A stretch of 64,000 nt of DNA from Candidatus Doudnabacteria bacterium (GTDB taxonomy: Bacteria; Patescibacteriota; Doudnabacteria; UBA920): contig PLYC01000007.1 in NCBI GenBank assembly GCA_003151625.1, forward strand, positions 81,181-145,180, in the 5' to 3' direction. Of the stretch, positions 55,496 to 63,489 are shown piece by piece (within the stretch, counting starts at the first letter, position 1; every line of letters begins with the position of its first letter). The position numbers and the translations under genes were made by a program. The notes under the pieces are model-generated. The model was given only the letters and a program-made list of their open reading frames with translations, had not been told where the DNA came from and did no database searches.

Positions 55496-56179
55496 ATGAC
55501 AAAAATTGCCAAGAGAGTTAAAGCCAATAACGAGTTGGTTGATGTAAATAAAGTTTACACACCGGAGGAAGCCATTGAACTCGCCAAAAAGACCGCTAAT
55601 ACCAAATTTGTCGGCTCTTTAGAGGTTCATATTCATACGCTAATAGACGCCAAAAAGACTGACCAGTCTGTTCGCGGCACGGTTAGCCTGCCTCATGGTT
55701 CGGGCAAAACCAAAAAGGTCGCGGCCTTTGTTACCGAATCCAAGGAAAAGGAAGCCAAAGACGCAGGGGCGTTTGTAGTTGGCGGCGAAGAACTTATTAA
55801 AAAGATTAAAGAGACTGAAAAAACCGACTTCGACGTTGCCGTGGCGGAACCTGCCTTAATGCCAAAATTAGCCCAAATAGCCAAGATTTTAGGTACCCGC
55901 GGCCTTATGCCCAACCCCAAAACCGGCACGGTAGGAGCCAACGTAGGAGCTTTAATTAAAGAAATTGCCGGCGGCAAGGTCAACTTTAAAAATGACGACA
56001 GCGGTAATATCCATCAAATAATCGGCAAAAGCAACTTTGACAGTAAAGCGCTTTTGGAAAATTTAAAAGTTCTAAATCAAGCCGTACTGCAAAGCAAGCC
56101 AACTACAGTAAAGGGACAGTTTATTGCATCGATTTCAATAAATTCCACAATGGGTCCGGGAATTAAGGTCAAGTTATAA
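55496..56179 (+). CDS. rplA: 50S ribosomal protein L1
   Basis: Canonical L1 N-terminus MTKIAKRVKANNELVDVNKVYTPEEAIELAK. Confidence 0.95.
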   Translation: MTKIAKRVKANNELVDVNKVYTPEEAIELAKKTANTKFVGSLEVHIHTLIDAKKTDQSVRGTVSLPHGSGKTKKVAAFVTESKEKEAKDAGAFVVGGEELIKKIKETEKTDFDVAVAEPALMPKLAQIAKILGTRGLMPNPKTGTVGANVGALIKEIAGGKVNFKNDDSGNIHQIIGKSNFDSKALLENLKVLNQAVLQSKPTTVKGQFIASISINSTMGPGIKVKL

Positions 56180-56208
56180 AGTTTTTAATGTTTTTAAAGT
56201 TATAAAGT

Positions 56209-56249
56209 AAAAAACACTTCCGATGTGTGTGCAATGGAAGTGTTTTTTT
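56209..56249. terminator. Bidirectional intrinsic terminator after rplA
   Basis: aaaaaacacttcc-gatgtgtgtgcaat-ggaagtgttttttt. Confidence 0.8.
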
Positions 56250-56316
56250 GGTATACTATAAAAGGAATAAATGGGTGTTTGAAACTTTATAACTTTACAA
56301 ACTTTATAATTCCCTT

Positions 56317-56754
56317 ATGTTTGATGAAATGTTTAAAAAAGTTTTAATTATAGAGGATGATTTGGATTTTCGCGATTCCCTGCGAGACAGCTTGTCGGCG
56401 CAAAATTTTGCGGTCAGTACGGCTGATGACGGCGAGCAGGCAATGGAGAGGCTGTTGGCGCATAGGCCCGATGTGGTTATTTTAGATTTGCTGTTGCCCA
56501 AAGTCCACGGGTTTGAAGTATTAAAAAGAATTCGCGCCTATCCGGAAGAAATTTTGGCAAAAACGCCGGTGGTAATTTTGAGCAATCTTTCCAGCCAGAC
56601 CGATGTTGAAAAGGGTCAGGAGCTGGGGGCCAATGCCTATTTTGTTAAAAGCCGGACTAAAAATCAGGAGGTGGTAAATAAGGTTAAAGAAATCCTGTTT
56701 GGCAGTGCGAACGTTAAGACCGAAGAAGTTTGGGATTTTACCAAGGACGCTTAA
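56317..56754 (+). CDS. Stand-alone response-regulator receiver (CheY-like) protein, paralog
   Basis: KKVLIIEDDLDFRDSL...DVVILDLLLPKVHGFEVLKRIR... Confidence 0.8.
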   Translation: MFDEMFKKVLIIEDDLDFRDSLRDSLSAQNFAVSTADDGEQAMERLLAHRPDVVILDLLLPKVHGFEVLKRIRAYPEEILAKTPVVILSNLSSQTDVEKGQELGANAYFVKSRTKNQEVVNKVKEILFGSANVKTEEVWDFTKDA

Positions 56755-56810
56755 AAAAGTTTTTATATAAAAATTGATTCCGTTTAGTTTTTTGCCATCA
56801 TGAACCCCTG

Positions 56811-56851
56811 TAGTTTCCCCTCCCTTAACGGGAGGGGCTAGGGGGAGGGTG
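56811..56851. repeat. REP family 1 copy
   Basis: tagtttcccctcccttaacgggaggggctagggggagggtg. Confidence 0.8.
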
Positions 56852-56960
56852 TAATACGATTTGAATAAAGAAAGGTGATGGGGTTTAGCGCAGTCTAAAC
56901 CCCTTGAGCGTGTAACTAACGGCAGAAAAGCTCTGCGGCCATTGGTTACGAAGAGCGAAA

Positions 56961-57179
56961 TCAGCACCAGACGCGTTGCGGTTTGCGGGTCAGTTCTGGC
57001 GGGGGAGTCGGCAGTGGGAGCCTTTTCCGCAGCCGTGTAAGGCGGGCTGTCAGTACGTTGATTTCCACCTGGAGACCTGGGATTTTTTTCGCGTCCCCTC
57101 CCAGACTTTGCGCCTTGAGACGCTCCTTGTGTAGGTCATCAAGGTTTTGTTGAAGAATCTCTACAACTCTTTTTGTCAT
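56961..57179 (-). CDS. Small hypothetical coiled-coil protein in a REP-flanked GC-rich insert
   Basis: 72 aa, with a strong ribosome-binding site (TAGGAGGGGC 5 nt upstream). Local GC ~55%. Confidence 0.4.
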   Translation of the reverse strand: MTKRVVEILQQNLDDLHKERLKAQSLGGDAKKIPGLQVEINVLTARLTRLRKRLPLPTPPPELTRKPQRVWC

Positions 57180-57233
57180 TGCCCCTCCTATGGGTTATTT
57201 TTGCCGGTGACGCCGGGCAATTATGGTTTATGG

Positions 57234-57419
57234 TTAAACTCCGAAAAAGTTCAGTCCGCCTGAGAAGGCGAAAGAATATTCCGCGAAGTTGTTGGCCGCT
57301 TTTTGGGCGGCGGAAACGTTGACGGACGGCTCAACAGCCGTCACTTGGTCGGAACCCGCAACGGAGTTCTTTTCAAGATTTTGGTCTTGGGCCATAATTG
57401 AATCCTGCCTTGTGGGCAA
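57234..57419 (-). CDS. Small hypothetical protein in a REP-flanked GC-rich insert
   Basis: 61-aa ORF with a weak ribosome-binding site. Confidence 0.25.
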   Translation of the reverse strand: MPTRQDSIMAQDQNLEKNSVAGSDQVTAVEPSVNVSAAQKAANNFAEYSFAFSGGLNFFGV

Positions 57420-57464
57420 GAGACTGGTTTTACCAATCTTTTGCCAGCAAAGCGGTTTGTCCTG

Positions 57465-57505
57465 CAGTTTCCCCTCCCTTGACGGGAGGGGCTAGGGGAG
57501 GGTGA
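57465..57505. repeat. REP family 1 copy (followed by a ccgcc-ttcgctaaagctac-ggcgg hairpin at 57533-57560)
   Basis: cagtttcccctcccttgacgggaggggctaggggagggtga. Confidence 0.8.
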
Positions 57506-57593
57506 TTAAATTTAATTAAGCCTTATTCGTTATCCGCCTTCGCTAAAGCTACGGCGGATTGTTGCACTATTATTTTTTAATTAATGTGCAACA

Positions 57594-57624
57594 AAAAACC
57601 CCGAGCCGCTAGGCTCGGGGTTTA
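57594..57624 (+). terminator. Intrinsic terminator
   Basis: aaaaaacc-ccgagccgctaggctcgg-ggttt. Confidence 0.6.
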
Positions 57625-57929
57625 AAAGTTTTAGATTAAACCAAAACTCTTCCCTTGCCTAGTGGCGACGGAATAATAATGCTAATAATTATGCTGGAAG
57701 AGTAGATTTTTTGCATTTGAGGTATTATAGCAAAGCAAAATTTTTTGTCAAATTTTGTTAAATTAAAAAGAAGCAGCCCACTTGCTTCTATTTTTCACCG
57801 TAGAGGCAAACTTTGTGGGCTGCTGGCGTTTCAAAGGCACCACCTCCTTAATGATGGTTTGGCCGCAAGCTGTTAAGCTATGGCTGTTAAGTTTGCGCGT
57901 TAAGGATCATCTTCTGTTAATTGTGATCC

Positions 57930-58154
57930 TTAGGCATTTATACCGAATTTTGTTGGTTCGGTGTGGTTGCCCGGTAAACACAGGGCAATCCTTCCCCATT
58001 TCCTTGTTAGGCAGATTGTATGTCTGCCGTAAGGTTGGTGTGCAAAGTCGCACCGGATGAGCTCGGTTAGTTCATCCGAGCAGATTACTAACACCACAAC
58101 ACCTTGGGCTTGCAATGCGACAAGAAGTTCATCGCACTCCTTGCTTTGGTTCAT
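57930..58154 (-). pseudogene. Possible remnant of an ABC-transporter ATPase C-terminus (truncated fragment with an intact RBS)
   Basis: GGAGGTGG ribosome-binding site 8 nt upstream. ...ELLVALQAQGVVVLVICSDELTELIRCDF... resembles the conserved C-terminal region of ABC ATPases. No Walker motifs or upstream portion are present. Confidence 0.3.
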
Positions 58155-58445
58155 TATCTGCCACCTCCAAGTAATTTAGAATTCATTCCAAACTACTTGC
58201 AAATAACAAACAAAAAACCTCCCCGGTCGGGAGGCAAGTAAGATTATTTTTGTAAACTTCTATAATCTTATTCTCCTAACCGAAAAGACGGACATCTTAG
58301 TAGTCTTAATCATGCTTGTCTTTACGGTTTTGGAGGAAGAATTGGAATTCATTACAGGAATAGTATACGCTGGCCGGCTTTTTGTCAATCAATAAAAATT
58401 GGTGTAGAATAACTTTACACAATTAAGGTATAGTATACATTATTT

Positions 58446-58982
58446 ATGGCAGAAGAACGCAAGCATTTTAGGCCTTCCTGGGATGATTATTTTATGGCTA
58501 TGGTTAAAATAGTGGCCTCTCGGGGCACTTGCGCCCGCCTTTATGCCGGGTCGGTTTTGGTAAAGGATAACCGAATTATTGCAACGGGTTACAACGGGTC
58601 ACCCCCGGGTTTGCCACATTGTGATGACGTAGGGCATCTGTTAGAAGAAGGTCATTGTGTGCGCACCATTCACGGCGAACATAATTCTCTCCTGCAGGCC
58701 GCCAAGCAGGGAGGTGCCAGTACCGACGGTTCAACCATGTATACAAAATACAGCCCTTGCATTCACTGCGCGAAATATGTTATTGCCGCCGGGGTCAAAA
58801 GGGTTGTGTTGGGAAAAGTTTACCGTAATCCGCAGGCTGTGGATATGCTAAAAGAAGCCGGGGTAAACGTTGAGGTTTATGTGGAGAACTCCAAATGGCA
58901 AAAAGAACTTATGCAAATATTTGCAGAGGAAATTCCGGTTAGGGAAAATGAAGGAGAAGTAAAAATTAAGACAGAAAAATAA
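58446..58982 (+). CDS. dCMP deaminase (ComEB/cytidine-deaminase zinc family)
   Basis: HAEHNSLLQAAKQG (H-A-E) and PCIHCAKYV (PCxxC) zinc ligands. Confidence 0.85.
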   Translation: MAEERKHFRPSWDDYFMAMVKIVASRGTCARLYAGSVLVKDNRIIATGYNGSPPGLPHCDDVGHLLEEGHCVRTIHGEHNSLLQAAKQGGASTDGSTMYTKYSPCIHCAKYVIAAGVKRVVLGKVYRNPQAVDMLKEAGVNVEVYVENSKWQKELMQIFAEEIPVRENEGEVKIKTEK

Positions 58983-58985
58983 AGA

Positions 58986-59537
58986 ATGAATAAATTTGTT
59001 ATTGCGATTGTCGGTCTGGCCGGTGCCGGAAAAACCGAAGCTACTGAGTATATTAAAAAAAAGACATCTCTGCCAAAAATATATTTTGGCCAAGCAATAA
59101 TTGATGAAGTCAAAAGGCGGGGAAAGCCGCTCGGCGAAGCCAACGAAAGAATTGTGCGGGAAGAGTTTAGGGATCGTGATAGTTTGGCCGCAATGGCCAT
59201 TGCCAATTTGCCGGCCATAAAAAAAGCTTTTGAAACTTCATCAGTTATTATAGAAAGCTTGTACAGCTGGGAAGAGTTTTTAAAGGTAAGGGAAGAATTT
59301 GGGGAAAGTTTTAAAGTTTTGGCAGTTTTTAGTTCTTACGAAACCCGGGTAAAGAGAATGGCAAATCGGCCGGTTCGGCCTTTGACCGCCGCGGATTTGG
59401 AATCACGCGACAAATCGCAAATAGAAAACTTGCACCAGGCGGGGCCAATTGCTCGCGCTGATTGGACAATTGTAAATGAGGGGAGCAAGGAAGAGTTATA
59501 TGCGGCTATTGATGTAATTTTGAGCAAGTTGCTTTAA
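58986..59537 (+). CDS. P-loop kinase resembling phage-T4 gp1-type dNMP kinase (paralog 1)
   Basis: Walker A GLAGAGKTEA. The C-terminus (...WTIVNEGSKEELYAAIDVILSKLL) resembles the T4 gp1 C-terminus (...NDGSLEELFSKIKNTLKVL). Embedded in the dNTP cluster. Confidence 0.5.
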   Translation: MNKFVIAIVGLAGAGKTEATEYIKKKTSLPKIYFGQAIIDEVKRRGKPLGEANERIVREEFRDRDSLAAMAIANLPAIKKAFETSSVIIESLYSWEEFLKVREEFGESFKVLAVFSSYETRVKRMANRPVRPLTAADLESRDKSQIENLHQAGPIARADWTIVNEGSKEELYAAIDVILSKLL

Positions 59538-59633
59538 AAGATATTGATAGATATTATTGAAATTAGGATATTATCTGAAATTTCATTAATATCTACCAAT
59601 ATCAATAATATCTATAAATATCCATTTGATTAC

Positions 59634-60092
59634 ATGAAAGCCAGGATTAAAAGATTAACCAAAGACATTGAATTACCCAAATACCATACTTCCGAATCCG
59701 CTGGGTTTGATATTGCCTCATCTGTCGATATTACGGTGGCTCCGGGCGCGGTGGTTAAAATACCCACTGGCCTCGTTATAGCGTCTCCAAAGGGGCATTT
59801 TTTGCTTATAGCCGCCCGTAGCAGCCTGTCTTTTAAAAAGGGTTTGGCAATGGCTAACGGTATTGGTATTGTAGACCCGGACTATGCCGGCCCGAACGAC
59901 GAAATCCATATTATTGTCCACAATTTTACAGACCAGCCGGTAGAAGTTAAAAAAGGCGAACGTCTGGCGCAGGGGCTATTTTTAAAAACTGAACAGGCGC
60001 AGTGGGAAGAGGTTGACCAGCTACACAATGTCGACCGCGGGGGGATAGGGAGCACAGGTGGGTATGCGGTAACTGATAACAATAATAATTAA
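59634..60092 (+). CDS. dut: dUTP pyrophosphatase
   Basis: MKARIKRL...SAGFDI...GIVDPDYAG...RGGFGSTG-like motifs. The start was taken at ATG 59634, not the track's 59544. Confidence 0.9.
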   Translation: MKARIKRLTKDIELPKYHTSESAGFDIASSVDITVAPGAVVKIPTGLVIASPKGHFLLIAARSSLSFKKGLAMANGIGIVDPDYAGPNDEIHIIVHNFTDQPVEVKKGERLAQGLFLKTEQAQWEEVDQLHNVDRGGIGSTGGYAVTDNNNN

Positions 60093-60141
60093 CAACATCA
60101 TCGTATTAAATAAATAATGTGTGGTATAGGAGAACCATTTT

Positions 60142-60681
60142 ATGATTATAGGGCTTGTCGGAGAAAAACTTGCGGGCAAAGATACGGTGGCCAATTATTT
60201 GGTTGACAAACATAATGCCTCGCATTTCAGGTTTGCTCATATTCTGGATGCAATTTTAGAAGAGCTAAATTTGGAAATTTCCAGAAAAAATGAGATAGAT
60301 TTAGGCCTTGGCCTGCGAAAAATTTTTGGCGAACACGTTTTGGTAAACGCGCTGGAGCAAAGAGTTAGGCGGTCTCTGTCCAGTTACCGCGTGGTCAACG
60401 GCATTCGTATGGACGAACTTGATGAAGTAAAATCCTGGGGGGCAAAAATTATTTATATTACGGCTCCATTGGAAATAAGGTTTCCCAGATACCAGCAGCG
60501 GCACGAAAAAATCGATGATGGGGAAATGGATTTGGAACATTTTAAACTCCAGGAGCAGGAAGGTCCGACAGAAATGAAAATTCCGGAATTGGGTCAAACC
60601 GCGGATTTCCGGATAGACAACATTGGAACTATAGAGGAGTTGTATGGGAAAGTGGATGGCATTCTAAAAAAATTAAAATAA
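60142..60681 (+). CDS. P-loop kinase resembling phage-T4 gp1-type dNMP kinase (paralog 2)
   Basis: MIIGLVGEKLAGKDTVANYL (GKDT as in T4 gp1 SGKDT). C-terminus IDNIGTIEELYGKVDGILKKLK. Confidence 0.55.
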   Translation: MIIGLVGEKLAGKDTVANYLVDKHNASHFRFAHILDAILEELNLEISRKNEIDLGLGLRKIFGEHVLVNALEQRVRRSLSSYRVVNGIRMDELDEVKSWGAKIIYITAPLEIRFPRYQQRHEKIDDGEMDLEHFKLQEQEGPTEMKIPELGQTADFRIDNIGTIEELYGKVDGILKKLK

Positions 60682-60718
60682 TTTTGGTATTCTAAAGTGT
60701 GTCCGTCCTCGTGACTTC

Positions 60719-60809
60719 GGCGTCTTTCTGAACCCGAATGCATCTGAGGGTGAAGAATCTCTAAATTTTAATGAGATCCTTCGTCGGCTGCACTCCTCAG
60801 GATGACGCC
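60719..60809. mobile_element. MITE-like element, family 2, second copy, immediately upstream of tmk
   Basis: ggcgtctttctga...gaagaatctctaaattttaatgagatccttc...cggctgcactc...tcaggatgacgcc. Confidence 0.65.
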
Positions 60810-60823
60810 GTAAGTGATTTCTT

Positions 60824-61558
60824 ATGCCATTACTTAAATTCGGAAAATCTAAAAAAAAGGAAAACAAGCGTGGGCGGTTTATTGTTATTGACGGCACCGA
60901 TGGCACCGGCAAGGCAACCCAGACTAATCTTTTAGTAGAAGAATTAAAATTGGGCGGTTACGACGTGGAGATGACAGATTTTCCCCAATATGGGACTAAA
61001 TCTGCTGGCTTGATAGAGGAGTATTTAAACGGCAAGTATGGCCAGGTGGGGCCGGAGGCGGCATCTATTTTTTACGCTATAGACAGGTTTGATGCCAGTT
61101 TTATAATTAAAGGATGGCTGGACGCCGGCAAAATTGTAATTTCAAACCGATACGTTACAGCAAATGCCGGGCATCAGGGCGGGAAAATCGCCGATGATAT
61201 AGACCGATTGAAGTTTTTTAAATGGCTGAATAATCTTGAATACAATATTTTTAACATTCCCAAACCAGACCTAAATATTATTTTACACATTCCCGCGGAA
61301 TTAGCCCAACAGTTGGTGGATAAAAAATCCGCGGCCGAAAGGAAGTACGCCAACGGTAAAAAACGCGATTTGCATGAGGCTGACCTTAAACATTTGCAAG
61401 ACGCGGAAAAGGTATATAAAGAAATTGCCAGGCTTTTCCCCAATACCAAACTGGTGGAGTGCGTTACTGAAAATAAACTCCTGACGCCGCAGGAAGTCCA
61501 TAATAAAGTTTGGGACTTGGTGAGAAGAATTGCTCTTAAAGATATTAAACCGCAATAA
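60824..61558 (+). CDS. tmk: Thymidylate kinase
   Basis: FIVIDGTDGTGKATQ P-loop, DRY-like motif, and LID region. Confidence 0.9.
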   Translation: MPLLKFGKSKKKENKRGRFIVIDGTDGTGKATQTNLLVEELKLGGYDVEMTDFPQYGTKSAGLIEEYLNGKYGQVGPEAASIFYAIDRFDASFIIKGWLDAGKIVISNRYVTANAGHQGGKIADDIDRLKFFKWLNNLEYNIFNIPKPDLNIILHIPAELAQQLVDKKSAAERKYANGKKRDLHEADLKHLQDAEKVYKEIARLFPNTKLVECVTENKLLTPQEVHNKVWDLVRRIALKDIKPQ

Positions 61559-61561
61559 TTT

Positions 61562-62374
61562 ATGAAAGTATACTTGGATCTTTTAGAAAAAATTATGAAA
61601 GACGGTGCGCAGAAGCACGACCGGACGGGGACGGGGACGAAATCGATATTTGGGTATCAGATGCGTTTTAACCTTGTCGAAGGCTTTCCGCTGACGACAA
61701 CCAAGAAGATTCATTTAAAATCAATTATTTACGAATTGCTTTGGTTTTTAAAAGGCGACATCAATGTTAAATGGCTAAACGAGCATGGGGTGACCATTTG
61801 GGACGAATGGGCGGACGCTAATGGGGATTTGGGGCCGGTTTACGGAAAGCAGTGGCGGGCATGGAAAGGATATAATGGCGAAACTTATGACCAAATTTCT
61901 TATGTCGTTGACCAGATAAAAAATAATCCCGATAACCGCAGGATGATAGTTAGCGGCTGGAACGTCGCGGATTTACAATCGCTAATTGCCGGTAAAAAAA
62001 CCGCGCCGCCTCCGTGCCACACAATGTTCCAGTTTTATGTGGCCAACAATAAATTATCATGCCAGCTTTATCAGAGATCGGCCGACACTTTTTTGGGTGT
62101 GCCCTTTAATATTGCCTCTTACGCTTTGCTGACAATGATGATGGCGCAGGTTACCGGCAGGGAACTAGGGGATTTTGTGCACACTTTTGGCGACGTGCAT
62201 ATTTATAACAACCATTTTGATCAGGTTAAACTTCAATTATCGCGAACTCCCAAACCGCTGTCCAAAATGAAAATTAATCCGGAAGTAAAAAATATTTTTG
62301 ATTTTAAATACGAAGATTTTACTTTGGAAGGCTATAATCCGGATCCGGGGATTAAAGCCCCGATAGCAGTGTGA
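61562..62374 (+). CDS. thyA: Thymidylate synthase (ThyA, folate-dependent)
   Basis: [17 protein letters not shown] (catalytic Cys), [20 protein letters not shown] (Asn, giving dUMP specificity), ends IKAPIAV. Confidence 0.95.
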   Translation: MKVYLDLLEKIMKDGAQKHDRTGTGTKSIFGYQMRFNLVEGFPLTTTKKIHLKSIIYELLWFLKGDINVKWLNEHGVTIWDEWADANGDLGPVYGKQWRAWKGYNGETYDQISYVVDQIKNNPDNRRMIVSGWNVADLQSLIAGKKTAPPPCHTMFQFYVANNKLSCQLYQRSADTFLGVPFNIASYALLTMMMAQVTGRELGDFVHTFGDVHIYNNHFDQVKLQLSRTPKPLSKMKINPEVKNIFDFKYEDFTLEGYNPDPGIKAPIAV

Positions 62375-62466
62375 TACAAATATACTGATGCATGCGGATA
62401 CCTCTGCCCCAATCTGTATTATCAGTATCATCCGTATTTTAATTCGTATATCAGTATCTTATAACC

Positions 62467-62937
62467 ATGATTGCACTTATTGCCGCGGTGGCCAAAAATA
62501 ATGTAATTGGGAGCAAGAACGATTTGCCCTGGTATTTGCCCGAGGACTTAAAACGTTTTAAACAGCTGACTTTGGGTAAAGTGGTGGTTATGGGCAGAAA
62601 AACTTACGACTCGATCATCAGTCGTTTAAAAAAGCCTTTGCGTGGCCGCACTAACATTGTCATCAGCACCCAAAATTTACAATTGCCGGAAGGAGTGGAA
62701 CTTTATCATAGCGTGGATGACGCACTTGCCGCTCATCAGAACCAGGAAATTTACATAATCGGCGGCGAACAAATTTTTAAGCAAAGCCTGAATGTGGCCG
62801 ACACGTTATATATTACCCACTTAAATAAAGACTATGAAGGCGACGCTTTTTTTCCGAAGATAGATGAAAGTTATTGGCAAATGACAGAAGACGAAAAACA
62901 CGAGGGTTATAGCTTTTTAATTTATAAGAAAAAATAG
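62467..62937 (+). CDS. folA: Dihydrofolate reductase
   Basis: MIALIAAVAKNNVIG...LPW...DLKRFKQLT...VVMGRKTYDSI. Confidence 0.9.
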   Translation: MIALIAAVAKNNVIGSKNDLPWYLPEDLKRFKQLTLGKVVVMGRKTYDSIISRLKKPLRGRTNIVISTQNLQLPEGVELYHSVDDALAAHQNQEIYIIGGEQIFKQSLNVADTLYITHLNKDYEGDAFFPKIDESYWQMTEDEKHEGYSFLIYKKK

Positions 62938-63014
62938 TTTTTTGAGTTATTTAAGCTCCTGGATTTCCGGGGGCTTTTTTGGTATAATTTTTAAGCTCTG
63001 GCTCTTCGCGTGTT

Positions 63015-63419
63015 ATGGCTAAAAGCGCGAAGAAGCTTATTTTGTTTGAAGTCAGCCACAGTATTGACGAATCTCTTAAGAGTATTGCAATTATTCAGGG
63101 GCGGTCTGTCTCGGTAGTTATTGCGATCTTGGCAGAGTACGTACTTGATGCTGTGGCAAAAGAGCCGCGCGTGCTAATTCGCTTCCGGGAGTATCGAGGC
63201 GAAAAACCGACATGCTTTGAGGACGTCGGGCTCACAGGAAAGCATTTTAGGCTTTCCATGCAATTAGCTAGCGCCTGCGGATTAACCGTTTCAGAGTTTT
63301 TTTGCCGCCTGTTGGCGGTTGGGATAGAGTTTTGTCCCAAGAGTGGGTCGTGGAATAAGGAGGAAATAATCAGCGCCATTCGCGCTGATTGTGTAATTCG
63401 CTTTTCGCGTCTTGCTTAA
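63015..63419 (+). CDS. Hypothetical protein flanked by short direct repeats (ggggctttttt; gtgttatgg)
   Basis: 134-aa ORF. A TGGTATAAT box lies at 62976-62984. Confidence 0.35.
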   Translation: MAKSAKKLILFEVSHSIDESLKSIAIIQGRSVSVVIAILAEYVLDAVAKEPRVLIRFREYRGEKPTCFEDVGLTGKHFRLSMQLASACGLTVSEFFCRLLAVGIEFCPKSGSWNKEEIISAIRADCVIRFSRLA

Positions 63420-63489
63420 GCCTTCTCTTGTGTTATGGAGGGGCTTTTTTTTGTTGGACGAGTAAGCAAATTTTTGGCATAATGAAGAC

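Noticed and set aside
57782-58060. 92-aa plus-strand ORF
   Set aside because: Its composition is not protein-like (Leu/Arg/Cys runs). It overlaps the RBS-bearing minus-strand fragment and hairpin-rich DNA.
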